Of a DNA stretch of 64,000 nt, positions 28,348 to 37,361 are shown in pieces. Within the stretch, counting starts at the first letter, position 1. Each line of letters begins with the position of its first letter. The notes under the pieces are model-generated. The model was not told the DNA's origin. It did not search any database and saw nothing but the letters and a program-made list of their open reading frames with translations. Origin of the DNA: an uncultured Clostridia bacterium. GTDB taxonomy: Bacteria; Bacillota; Clostridia; Oscillospirales; QAKW01. Location of the stretch: contig CANQVN010000001.1 of assembly GCA_947627315.1 (NCBI GenBank), positions 1,656 to 65,655 on the forward strand. The letters are read 5' to 3'. The translations under genes and the position numbers were made by a program.

Positions 28348-28371
28348 TATCTATATATAGAATGTAAATGC

Positions 28372-28400
28372 TTGACAACAACAATATATGGTAGTATAAT
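28372..28400 (+). promoter_or_regulatory. Consensus sigma-A-type promoter (copy 1 of the duplicated promoter-leader module)
   Basis: TTGACA-N17-TATAAT exact. The spacer is homologous to the minus-strand promoter at 62767-62795. Confidence 0.65.
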
Positions 28401-28406
28401 AACAAT

Positions 28407-28534
28407 GTAATTGATTTATGTGCGCTTCCTTTGGGAATGAGCGGTAAAAAGCCGCATTGCACAGGTTGTTGAGTTTGTATTCAAAGTGTCGATGTACGGT
28501 TGCCTTTATGGGCGGCCGGTATCGGCACTTTTTT
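28407..28534 (+). ncRNA. Candidate ~125-nt structured leader/sRNA ending in an intrinsic terminator, upstream of ssb (paralog of 62634-62760 minus)
   Basis: Conserved blocks TTGATTTATGTGC and GCATTGCACAGGTTGTTGAGTTTGTATTCA. Hairpin 28485-28529 followed by TTTTTT. The ssb RBS begins only after the terminator. Confidence 0.45.
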
Positions 28535-28572
28535 ATATAGATATTTTAAGCCGAGAGGCAGAAAGGAGAAAA

Positions 28573-28986
28573 ATGGCGCAGGTTTATGTTATCGGACGGG
28601 TAACAAGCAGCCCGGAACTGAAAACTAGCAGCAAAGGAAGGTCGTATGTACGGTTCGATATAGCCGATCATATCGGGTATAACGAGAACATGCGGACACA
28701 GTATTTTCAAGTCCTTGTGTTTGACGAAGACGCCGAACGTATCGTTCGCGCAAACGTCGGCAAAGGCGCGTTGATTTGGGTGAGCGGGTCTTTGGAACTG
28801 GAAACCTATATGAAAAAGGACGGCATCACCGTAGACAAACGCATGAAAATATGGCTGGATAACTGGGGTTATATTTCGGGCAGGGGCGGTTGCACTTCAA
28901 ACACCGACCCGCAAAAGACTCCGGAAATGCAGGATACCGATATGGTGCCCGGCATAGACGGAGAAAGAGAAAACTTGCCGGAGTAA
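28573..28986 (+). CDS. ssb: Single-stranded DNA-binding protein
   Basis: ATG after AAAGGAG. OB-fold pattern MAQVYVIGRVTSSPELKT...YFQVLVFDEDAERIV...GALIWVSGSLELETY. Acidic C-terminal tail. Confidence 0.8.
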   Translation: MAQVYVIGRVTSSPELKTSSKGRSYVRFDIADHIGYNENMRTQYFQVLVFDEDAERIVRANVGKGALIWVSGSLELETYMKKDGITVDKRMKIWLDNWGYISGRGGCTSNTDPQKTPEMQDTDMVPGIDGERENLPE

Positions 28987-28997
28987 ATTCGGCGCAA

Positions 28998-29050
28998 AGA
29001 GGAACCGTATTGTGTTTCAACAGGAAAACACGTGCGGTTCCTCTTTTTTT
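28998..29050 (+). terminator. Terminator after ssb
   Basis: AGAGGAACCG / CGGTTCCTCT stem with inner pairing, followed by TTTTTTT. Confidence 0.65.
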
Positions 29051-29075
29051 ATTTATGAAAGAAAGGTCGAACAAA

Positions 29076-29882
29076 ATGAACAAAAAAGCAAGCATATGGT
29101 CCTACGTGTCGGTACTGATCGCAGCCGTTTTGGCTGTCGTGGCGTTTGCGCGCGGCTCGCTTCAATTGTGGCTGCTTTCGGGCGTTTTCGCCGCATGGAT
29201 ACTGTGGATCGCAGTAAAGTACGGTATTCCGTATTTGAAATTGCAAAAAAGTTATCACGAAGCAAGAAAAGTCATTAAAAAGAATCGGGCAAGGCAAACC
29301 GGACAAATAAACTTTCCCGACGTGTCGGACTCTGTAAGTCAGGTTCTCGTTCGGCACGTCAATTACCGTATTTCCGCCTACCTGCAATCCGCTTATCCGG
29401 ACGCCACCTGGGAGTGGTGCGAAGAGTTTCCCGAAAGAATAGCAAGACGGGGCGGCAAAGGACGGATACGGCTGTTCGGCGTTCCCGAATACAATTATGC
29501 CGACGTTTCCTTAACGCAGGACGCGGATATCGGGTTCGATTTGTTAAAGATCGTGCCGATAACCGAGCTGCAGCGCGGCTCGGAAGACACGCAAACGCTG
29601 CCCAAAAAGCAGGAGCCGGTCGATCCGCAGGTTTGGTATGAAAATCAGGCGAAGGACGTACTGAAAAATCTCATTTCCTGCCTTGCCTCCCGCGGTCATC
29701 ACAGCCTCACCATTAAAGAAAACGGAGAGGTTTCCGTCAAACAGGCGGACGGTGACCGTGTGCAGGCCGCTCTGAAAAATGTCCCGGAAAGGATGTATTG
29801 GGCAAGACTGTCCAAGGTCTTTGAACGCGAGGGCATTGCCGCCAATATCACCGACGCCGGAATGGAACTGTCGTGGTTATAA
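29076..29882 (+). CDS. Two-TM membrane protein, unknown function
   Basis: Internal ATG. MNKKASIWSYVSVLIAAVLAVVAF...LWLLSGVFAAWILWIAV. Confidence 0.45.
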   Translation: MNKKASIWSYVSVLIAAVLAVVAFARGSLQLWLLSGVFAAWILWIAVKYGIPYLKLQKSYHEARKVIKKNRARQTGQINFPDVSDSVSQVLVRHVNYRISAYLQSAYPDATWEWCEEFPERIARRGGKGRIRLFGVPEYNYADVSLTQDADIGFDLLKIVPITELQRGSEDTQTLPKKQEPVDPQVWYENQAKDVLKNLISCLASRGHHSLTIKENGEVSVKQADGDRVQAALKNVPERMYWARLSKVFEREGIAANITDAGMELSWL

Positions 29883-29895
29883 CGGAAAGGGAGTG

Positions 29896-30975
29896 ATGCA
29901 AATGAAAACCGGAATGACGATCAATGAATTGGCAAAAGAGATCCTGCGTCAGCGCGATGCAAAGGAAGATTACATTGTCAACACCGGAAGACTTCGTATG
30001 GAAGCCTGCGGGGATGATGTTTTGTTGCGCGTGTTGGATTCAAACTCCGCGGATCGGATAGAGCCTATGGATATAGGTCCAAACGCGCACAGGCAGATTG
30101 CAACGCACTTGTCTATCCCCACCAAGTATTACGAGAAAATGCAGCAGGAGGATCCGGAGCTTTTAGCCGAAAATGTCAACGCATGGTTTTCACGGGACGC
30201 AAAGGACAGAATGCTGCGCGTCATGGACGGAAAGGCGCGCGCATTTTTGAGCAACAGATATCTTCGCATAGACCATTACCAAATCGCGAGCGCCGTTTTG
30301 CCGATCATACAGCAAATGTCGGATGCGCGGTTTGAAAGCTGCGAGCTTACCGAAAACCGTATGTATATCAAGGTGGTAAATCCGAGACTGCAAGACGAGG
30401 TCACGCCGGGCGATATTGTTCAGGCGGGTCTTATCATCAGCAACAGCGAAGTGGGGCTCGGCTCCGTAAGCGTGCAGCCGTTGATTTACAGACTTATATG
30501 CAAAAACGGCATGGTCGTAAACGATGCGGCAACAAAAAGAACGCATATCGGCAGGGTCAGTTCCGCCGATGAAAATTTCCTGCTCTATTCGGACGAAACA
30601 CTTCGCGCAGACGACAAGGCGTTTTTGATGAAGGTCAAAGACACCGTTCGTGCGGTGGTCGAAGAGGCAAAGTTCAGCCGGGTGGTAGACATTATGAAAA
30701 AAGCCGCGGGTCTGCCGATCAACACCGCCAATGTGCCGGAGGTCGTGCGTTTGGCAAGCCGTGATTTCGGAATTACCGACGCCGAGCAGCCCGGCATTTT
30801 GCAGCATCTTATAGAGGGCAAGGATATGAGCCTGTACGGACTTTCAAATGCGGTGACACGGTTCAGCCAGGATGTTGAAAGTTACGATCGCGCCACCGAC
30901 CTGGAAACGATCGGCTACGGTATTCTCACCATGCCCGCGATGCAGTGGAGCAGAATCAATCAAGTCGCGGCGTAA
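29896..30975 (+). CDS. DUF932/DUF945-like phage/plasmid protein (start 29896 or 29902)
   Basis: ~358 aa. My recollection is that this family occurs in ICE leading regions. Assignment is by overall pattern only. Confidence 0.4.
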   Translation: MQMKTGMTINELAKEILRQRDAKEDYIVNTGRLRMEACGDDVLLRVLDSNSADRIEPMDIGPNAHRQIATHLSIPTKYYEKMQQEDPELLAENVNAWFSRDAKDRMLRVMDGKARAFLSNRYLRIDHYQIASAVLPIIQQMSDARFESCELTENRMYIKVVNPRLQDEVTPGDIVQAGLIISNSEVGLGSVSVQPLIYRLICKNGMVVNDAATKRTHIGRVSSADENFLLYSDETLRADDKAFLMKVKDTVRAVVEEAKFSRVVDIMKKAAGLPINTANVPEVVRLASRDFGITDAEQPGILQHLIEGKDMSLYGLSNAVTRFSQDVESYDRATDLETIGYGILTMPAMQWSRINQVAA

Positions 30976-31003
30976 AAACAAAAAATATTATGGAGGAACA
31001 ATA

Positions 31004-31873
31004 ATGAACATGAATGAAAATGCTTTAATCGAAAAGAAAGAATTTATCGTCCCTTCTCTCGGAGAGACCGAATGCGAGTTTTCAAACGAGGACTTTGCGG
31101 AAGATTTTGAAGGATTACAGCTGAGCTTTCCGCGAATTAAAATTCCGGGGAGCGGATCGCTTCGGTTTGAAATGCCAAGCGCCAATCCGGAAGATCCCGA
31201 ATATGAAAAAACGATAGACGGCGTCATAATCTATAACCACAGAACGTGCGCCTACTGGCCCGCAGGCAGCGAGTATGACGAAAGCGTAAATCCGCTATGC
31301 TCCTCGGTGGACGGAAAAACGGGTATCGGCGATCCGGGCGGAGCGTGCGCCGTATGCGAACTGAACCAATACGGCACCGCGACGGACAAAAACGGAAACG
31401 CGACCGCGGGAAAAGCCTGCAAAAATATGCGGCATCTCTATATTCTCCGCAGCGGCGAGTATTTGCCCGTTATGCTTTCACTGCCGCCCACCAGCATTCG
31501 CCCGTATTCCGATTTTATGAATACAGCCTTTGTGCCGCGCAAGCGTCCCACCTGGAGCAGTGTTATCCAGATCGGTCTCAAGCGCGTTGAAAACGGAGCG
31601 AACACGTACAGCGTTGCCACCTTTAAGGTCCTTTATGATTTGGAAGGCGAACAACTGCGGCAGGTCAAACAGTATGCCGAAAGTTTTCGCGGTCAGATCC
31701 GCAGGATGCTGCAAGAACGCGCGCTGAGCTCGGAGAGCAGGCTGGAAACGGACGTTATTGCCGACCCCGATCCGAATTATATGATTTCCGAAAACGGAGA
31801 GCATTTTTCGGTCACGGCAAACGTGGGAGTCGGAACGGTCGACGGAGAGCGGAACGAACTTCCGCTCGCGTAA
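31004..31873 (+). CDS. Hypothetical protein with a CxxC-containing central region
   Basis: ATG after GGAGGA. 289 aa. ...GGACAVCELNQYG...GKACKNMRHLYILR. No family recognised. Confidence 0.4.
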   Translation: MNMNENALIEKKEFIVPSLGETECEFSNEDFAEDFEGLQLSFPRIKIPGSGSLRFEMPSANPEDPEYEKTIDGVIIYNHRTCAYWPAGSEYDESVNPLCSSVDGKTGIGDPGGACAVCELNQYGTATDKNGNATAGKACKNMRHLYILRSGEYLPVMLSLPPTSIRPYSDFMNTAFVPRKRPTWSSVIQIGLKRVENGANTYSVATFKVLYDLEGEQLRQVKQYAESFRGQIRRMLQERALSSESRLETDVIADPDPNYMISENGEHFSVTANVGVGTVDGERNELPLA

Positions 31874-31932
31874 TCATCAGTCAGTTAAGGGATACCGTTT
31901 TCGGACGGTATCCCTTGGGAGGTGTGTATAAA

Positions 31933-32490
31933 ATGAAGCCGCTTACGGACAGGCAAAGAAAATTTGCCGAGCAAAACCATAATCTTGTATACAGTTTTAT
32001 GAACGAGAAAGGCTTGCAGGAGGCGACTTACTACGACGTGATTATTTTCGGATATCTGCGCGCCGTTCAGGAGTATTGCGAAACGCCCGATCTTTGGAAA
32101 AAGCCTTTTTCCACCATCGCATGGAAAAAGATGATCGACGAACTTATCAGTTTTCAAAGGTATCAGTCCCGAAACAACCGTAACGCGCAGACGGTAAGTT
32201 TATGCGACGCTTCCGTGCGGGAATACGGCTGTTCTAAAGGCGGCTGCAATATTGCGGCAAACGACGACCAAATTCTTCGTCAAATGGAAATGGAACTGCT
32301 TCTCCATACACTGGCGTCCGAACTCCCTCAAAGGCACATGCGGATTATTCGTATGAAACTGGACGGAGATACTATGCGCGACATTGCCAAGGCGGAGCAT
32401 ATAACATTCCGGGAGATAAACCGTATGATATCCGATATGCGAGACACGGTCCTTAAACTTTGCTGCGGAAAGAAAGGTGAAATGTTATGA
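31933..32490 (+). CDS. Sigma-70-like / sigma region-4 HTH protein
   Basis: Region-2-like YYDVIIFGYLRAVQEY. C-terminal MRIIRMKLDGDTMRDIAKAEHITFREINRMISDMRDTV. Confidence 0.5.
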   Translation: MKPLTDRQRKFAEQNHNLVYSFMNEKGLQEATYYDVIIFGYLRAVQEYCETPDLWKKPFSTIAWKKMIDELISFQRYQSRNNRNAQTVSLCDASVREYGCSKGGCNIAANDDQILRQMEMELLLHTLASELPQRHMRIIRMKLDGDTMRDIAKAEHITFREINRMISDMRDTVLKLCCGKKGEML

Positions 32491-33356
32491 TTTTATCCAA
32501 GCCCGGCGAAGCGTTTGACTATAACGGTTATAAATATGTTGTCGGCGAAGAGGTCATCGGCACTTCAAAGAGCGAATACGAAAACCTTATCGGTCATATT
32601 ATTGAGATCCGCGCGGACGGCGATGCCGAAACGGAAAATGAAACCCCCGATATCTATTGTCGCTTTGACAGCCCTGTATCACCTTATGAGATACAGCGTT
32701 TGGAGCATACATTTTCCGCTCTGTACGGGCAACCCAAAAAGCTCTGCGATTTGCCGCTTGACTGTGTGATCATGGCACCGGAGATGATATATCCCACCAA
32801 GAATTACTCCGAGCATCCGGCATCCGTCCCCGTATATTTGCTGAAAGAGCAATGGGCGGACAAAGGAGAAAATGACTGCGCTTTCAGAATATACCTTGAT
32901 AAACAGGAGGCAAAATATAACTTTTTTAAGACGCTTGCCGAACTGTTCAAATACGGCGATGCGGTTCCAAACGATACAAACGATATGGAATGCGATTGCG
33001 GCGCGGGCCTTTACAGGGTATGGGCTGCCGACGATTATATAAATTTTCATTATGAAATCCGTATCGAGAAGCGGCAACTCAAAATCCCGCGTCGAGTATT
33101 TGACAGCGTGGGAATGGAGTGGTATCGGGAATGCAAAAACGAGGACTTTAACGACCGGTTGGATGAAATGGCTGACGGCGGAAGCATTACGGAGGACCAA
33201 CACAAAAAACTGCGTTCCTGCCGCTGCGCCGCCGAGCTTATCGACTATGAACTCGGTCACAATTCCGAATACTGGACGTCTTACCAAACTTGTGTTTCGG
33301 AAGCGATCAGAAAACTGCTGCATAAAGAAGAAAGGAGTGTTTGTCATGAAGTCTAA
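32487..33356 (+). CDS. Hypothetical acidic protein
   Basis: 289-aa ORF overlapping the upstream stop. No family recognised. Confidence 0.4.
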   Translation: MILSKPGEAFDYNGYKYVVGEEVIGTSKSEYENLIGHIIEIRADGDAETENETPDIYCRFDSPVSPYEIQRLEHTFSALYGQPKKLCDLPLDCVIMAPEMIYPTKNYSEHPASVPVYLLKEQWADKGENDCAFRIYLDKQEAKYNFFKTLAELFKYGDAVPNDTNDMECDCGAGLYRVWAADDYINFHYEIRIEKRQLKIPRRVFDSVGMEWYRECKNEDFNDRLDEMADGGSITEDQHKKLRSCRCAAELIDYELGHNSEYWTSYQTCVSEAIRKLLHKEERSVCHEV

Positions 33357-33570
33357 AAAGTTTATTTCTGTTACGGGAAATCTGCTTTTCCCGTTGAATG
33401 AGGGGCGGCGCGCAATCATCATGCAGGATAGCGGATATGTTGTAACCTCCCGCGTTGTGGAGGTTATAGAGGTTGCGCCGGATCACGCTGTGTTTGAAAC
33501 GATGAACTCGATTTATCGGGTGGCGTTTGAACGCTCCCCCAATAAGGCGTCGCTGAAAATGTGCGCCTGA
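33346..33570 (+). CDS. Small hypothetical protein (74 aa)
   Basis: Internal ATG 9 nt after AAAGGAG. Overlaps the upstream gene end. Confidence 0.35.
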   Translation: MKSKKFISVTGNLLFPLNEGRRAIIMQDSGYVVTSRVVEVIEVAPDHAVFETMNSIYRVAFERSPNKASLKMCA

Positions 33571-33584
33571 CAGCAAACGATTTC

Positions 33585-33621
33585 GGGCACAGTCGGCATT
33601 GACCGGCTGTGCTCGGCTTTT
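33585..33621 (+). terminator. Possible weak terminator/hairpin
   Basis: GGGCACAGTCGG / CCGGCTGTGCTC (12 bp, 2 G-U pairs), followed by GGCTTTT. Confidence 0.35.
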
Positions 33622-33687
33622 GAAAGGAAGAAAAATGAATGTATGTAAGAACAATGAGCCTTGCGGGAACGAACCGGGAGGCGCACG

Positions 33688-36600
33688 GTGAAATATAAAG
33701 TTTACGATACGCCCGTACCGCAAAATCAGCGGGAGGAGGTCAATAAAAAACTCCTGCATCTGATAGACGCCTGCCGATATGGCGAAAGTGAAGTAAGTGC
33801 GGCGGACGTTTACAACCGCTATACCGGTCACGGCGGGCTTCACGATTTGAACAGAAAAGATTTTGAAAATTACGCGGCTTATGGCAATGCCAAAAAAGAG
33901 ATAGAAAACGGACAGTTTTTTACGCCGCCTCGCCTTTGTAAACTTGTTGCGGATTGTCTGATGCCGACCGAACAGGCGCAAATAGCCGATCTGACTTGCG
34001 GCGCAGGCGGATTTTTCAATTTCTTTCCGGTTGAGAGCAATTTGTACGGCTGTGAAATTGACGACGATGCGTATCGGGTGGCAAAATTTCTTTATCCGGA
34101 TGCGAATTTGGAAAAAGCGGATATTCGCGAATATAGTCCGAGCGTTCGATTTGACTATATCGTGGGAAATCCGCCGTACAATCTGAAGTGGACGACTCAC
34201 GACGGCAATACGGAAGTGTCGCAGAACTATTACTGTTATAAATCCGCAGGGCTGCTCAAGCCAAACGGCATATTGGCGGTTATTCTTCCGCTTTCGTTTC
34301 TTTCCGACAGCTTTTCGGACGGAGGACAAATAAGAGAAATGGAAAAGCGATTTCATTTTCTCGGTCAGGTATCCCTTCCGAAAAATTTATTTTCGGCTCT
34401 CGGCGTTTGCTCTTTTGGCACCAAACTTCAATTTTGGCAGCGAAAAAAGAATCCGTCGCCCGGCAGTTACCATACGGCGATGGATCTTTCGCTTGACGAT
34501 GATTTTGACGGCGCGGAAGCGGCAAAACGGATAACCGAAACCCTGCTTTCCGACGCCCTGGATCTGATGCGGCGCGACCGTGTCGCGGGCATCCTTGAAA
34601 TGGCTAAGGAAAAAGAGTTGTCCGAGGATTTTCGGTATCAGGTCAGAAAGCGGCTGTATCAAATCAGTTGTCATCCGAGGCTTAAAAACAGTTATGCAAG
34701 CTGCTGTGAGTACCTGTTTCGCTTTTGCACGCAGAAACAGCCGGAGGGCATGCCCTTTGAAGAGTGGCGGAAAAGACGAATTACCGAAGCAAAAGTGCTG
34801 GCATATATGAACAGGGTCTTGTCGTCGCAAAACGACAAACCGCCCTGCGATAAAATCTCTCTTGTGAAGCGGGACTATGATCTTGTCTACAAAGGTTACA
34901 GTGCAAAAACGCGGAAAATTTTGACGGGAGGTATGAAAGAGCCGATGCCGATTTATGAACTCGCCTCCTCGGACGGAGAATTTTATAACGGCTACGAGCG
35001 GCTGATCCGTAAAAAGCGGGATGCGTACATACGTCAAAACAGACGGTTTAGCGATATGCGGGAAGATCCCACGATTGCTGAATGGCTCGCGAATTTCAGT
35101 CTGTGGGATGCGGAAAACGAGGAAGTTATCCGCTTAAACGATATGCAGCGGCACGACATCAATCTGATGCTTCAAAAGCGATACGGGCTTTTGCAATGGG
35201 AGCAAGGGAGCGGAAAAACGCTTGCCGGAATTGCCGTAGGCAAATACCGGATGGAGCGTGAAAATATCCGGTATACCTGGGTCGTTTCGACCGCCATTTC
35301 CATTCGCAATAACTGGGATATGGTCTTGAAAAATTACAAACAGCCCTATGTGTTTGTAAAAAAGCAGCGCGATCTTGAAAAGATACGCAGCGGAGATTTT
35401 GTCTTGATTACGCTGAACGCATTGTCAAAGTACAAAAAGTTTATTAAACGGTGGATCCGCATTCACAACCGAAAAATACAACTGATTTTCGATGAGAGCG
35501 ACGAGATGTCAAATCCGAACAGCATTCGGGCAAAGGCCGCGCTGGATTGCTTCAGAAAATGCAAAGCCAAACTCTTGACGACCGGCACGAGCACAAGAAA
35601 TAATATCTCGGAATTTGCGCCGCAGTTGGAGTTACTCTATAACAATTCGGTCAATATGATATCCTGGTGTCGGTTCGTTTACCACTACGATAAGAGGTCG
35701 GATTACCTGGACGGAGTGCAGAACGCATATTTCGGCAAACCGATCCCGGCGTACAAAAAGGGCTACTCTTTGTTCTCGGCTTCACATCTGCCCGAAAAAA
35801 TCACGGTGTTTGGCGCAAAGCAGCGAACGCAGGATATTTACAATGCGGAACTGCTGGACGAAATACTCGGAAAGACCGTTATAACGCGCAGTTTTGAAGA
35901 GATCGTCGGCAGGGATATCCGCCGTATTCATCAGCTTCCCGTATCGTTTGCGCCCGCCGAACGCGCGGTGTATCAGATGGCGATGGAGGAATTTTATAAA
36001 ATGCGGGACAACTATTTTGCTTCTACCGGAAATTCGAGAAAAGATTCCATGATGAAACTGATGCAGCAGATCACGCTGTTGCTGAAGATCAGCGCCGCTC
36101 CCGACACGGTCAAAGAATATAGCGGCGGCTTGCCGGTAAAAATCGGCAGGATCATTGAGATGTTAGGAGAATTTTCGGACGAGATTGTTACGATAGGCGT
36201 CCGACATAAAGCGGTGCTTGATGCTTATAAAGGCGCATTCGAGCAGGCGTATCCGAATCGCAAACTGTATGCCGTAACCGGTTCTTCCTATACATTCGCA
36301 CAGCGTCGTGCGCTCCAAAAAACTCTCAAAGAAAGCAAAAACGGCATTCTCCTTTGCACGCAGCAGAGCTTACCGTCCAGCGTGAACTTTGAATTTGTAA
36401 ACAAGGTGATCATTCCGGAGCTTCATTACAATAATGCAAAAATGAGCCAGTTCTATATGCGGTTTGTAAGGTACACGTCCACCGAATGGAAAGATATTTA
36501 TTTTATTACCTACGGCGGCAGTATTGAATCAAACCTGATGCAGATGGTACTGGCGAAGGAAAAAATAAACCTGTTTATGAAAGGTCAGGATAAAAACCTT

Positions 36601-36717
36601 GATGAGATATATTCCAAATTCGGAGTGGATTACGACTTGCTTTCTATGCTGATGTATCGGGAGCGGGACGAAAAAGGACAATTCCATATAAGATGGGGAG
36701 AGCAGCAAATTTCATAG
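33688..36717 (+). CDS. N6-adenine DNA methyltransferase fused to an SNF2/DEAD-like helicase (ICE anti-restriction-type methylase-helicase)
   Basis: GTG start after GGGAGG (the track start 33661 is a TTG). MTase motif I DLTCGAGGFF and motif IV GNPPYN. Helicase motifs QGSGKTLAG, IFDESDEMSNP and TTGTSTRNN, plus a C-terminal helicase lobe. Confidence 0.75.
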   Translation: MKYKVYDTPVPQNQREEVNKKLLHLIDACRYGESEVSAADVYNRYTGHGGLHDLNRKDFENYAAYGNAKKEIENGQFFTPPRLCKLVADCLMPTEQAQIADLTCGAGGFFNFFPVESNLYGCEIDDDAYRVAKFLYPDANLEKADIREYSPSVRFDYIVGNPPYNLKWTTHDGNTEVSQNYYCYKSAGLLKPNGILAVILPLSFLSDSFSDGGQIREMEKRFHFLGQVSLPKNLFSALGVCSFGTKLQFWQRKKNPSPGSYHTAMDLSLDDDFDGAEAAKRITETLLSDALDLMRRDRVAGILEMAKEKELSEDFRYQVRKRLYQISCHPRLKNSYASCCEYLFRFCTQKQPEGMPFEEWRKRRITEAKVLAYMNRVLSSQNDKPPCDKISLVKRDYDLVYKGYSAKTRKILTGGMKEPMPIYELASSDGEFYNGYERLIRKKRDAYIRQNRRFSDMREDPTIAEWLANFSLWDAENEEVIRLNDMQRHDINLMLQKRYGLLQWEQGSGKTLAGIAVGKYRMERENIRYTWVVSTAISIRNNWDMVLKNYKQPYVFVKKQRDLEKIRSGDFVLITLNALSKYKKFIKRWIRIHNRKIQLIFDESDEMSNPNSIRAKAALDCFRKCKAKLLTTGTSTRNNISEFAPQLELLYNNSVNMISWCRFVYHYDKRSDYLDGVQNAYFGKPIPAYKKGYSLFSASHLPEKITVFGAKQRTQDIYNAELLDEILGKTVITRSFEEIVGRDIRRIHQLPVSFAPAERAVYQMAMEEFYKMRDNYFASTGNSRKDSMMKLMQQITLLLKISAAPDTVKEYSGGLPVKIGRIIEMLGEFSDEIVTIGVRHKAVLDAYKGAFEQAYPNRKLYAVTGSSYTFAQRRALQKTLKESKNGILLCTQQSLPSSVNFEFVNKVIIPELHYNNAKMSQFYMRFVRYTSTEWKDIYFITYGGSIESNLMQMVLAKEKINLFMKGQDKNLDEIYSKFGVDYDLLSMLMYRERDEKGQFHIRWGEQQIS

Positions 36718-36753
36718 CAGTCTTTCTACTGTGCCGATTGCAACAAGAAGCGT

Positions 36754-36785
36754 GAGGGGTAGGCGCCGCCTACCCCTCTTTTTTC
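36754..36785 (+). terminator. Terminator after the methylase-helicase gene
   Basis: GAGGGGTAGGCG / CGCCTACCCCTC followed by TTTTTT. Confidence 0.7.
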
Positions 36786-36967
36786 TAAAGTTCAAAGCCT
36801 TTTATGCAGCGCAGTAGCGTGATGCACAACTCCTGATACAGATCCTCGTCAAACGCATCGTCTACCACGGACTCTTTTAAGATAAGCGGACGGTACATTT
36901 CAAAAAGTGTATCAAACGAACCAAAATCGCCGCTTTTGGCACCGCGTATGAGCATCTCAAAATCCAT
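36785..36967 (-). CDS. Small sigma region-2-like protein (Tn916 orf8-like position)
   Basis: 60 aa: ...GDFGSFDTLFEMYRPLILKESV...DEDLYQELCITLLRCIKGF. RBS GGAGGTG. Start overlaps the upstream stop by 1 nt. Confidence 0.5.
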   Translation of the reverse strand: MDFEMLIRGAKSGDFGSFDTLFEMYRPLILKESVVDDAFDEDLYQELCITLLRCIKGFEL

Positions 36968-37356
36968 TACAGTACACCTCCGTTCATTTTGTCACGCAGT
37001 TTTTTCAATGCTCTGTAAAATATGGATGCCACCGTTTTGTATGGTATATTCAGTTCAAAAGCCAGTTCTTCAAAACGCTTTTCGTCTAAAATATGCCCCA
37101 AAACGACGTACCGCTCTCTGCTGCTTATTGCATTCAGCGCGCTCCATAAATCGCAAAGTTCTATCACCTGCATAAAATAATCGTGCGTATCGCAAAACAG
37201 ATCGTCCGAAACAGTGCCGATAAGTTCAAACCGACGCTGCCTGTTTTTGCTTTTAAGGTATGTAAGACGGGTGTTCCGTACAGACGTCTTCAGATAAGCG
37301 GTAAATCTGTTTTGCAGAATATCCGCATAGTTTTTTCCATCGTTCTTTTTAAACAT
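36967..37356 (-). CDS. Sigma-70 region-4-like HTH protein (Tn916 orf7-like)
   Basis: ATG at 37356 (the track start 37368 is a TTG). SRERYVVLGHILDEKRFEELAFELNIPYKTVASIFYRALKKLRDKM. Confidence 0.55.
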   Translation of the reverse strand: MFKKNDGKNYADILQNRFTAYLKTSVRNTRLTYLKSKNRQRRFELIGTVSDDLFCDTHDYFMQVIELCDLWSALNAISSRERYVVLGHILDEKRFEELAFELNIPYKTVASIFYRALKKLRDKMNGGVL

Positions 37357-37361
37357 AAAAG

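Noticed and set aside
33307-35037. Minus-strand ORFs 33307-34356 (349 aa) and 34387-35037 (216 aa)
   Set aside because: They are antisense to the methyltransferase-helicase gene, whose catalytic motifs are unambiguous.
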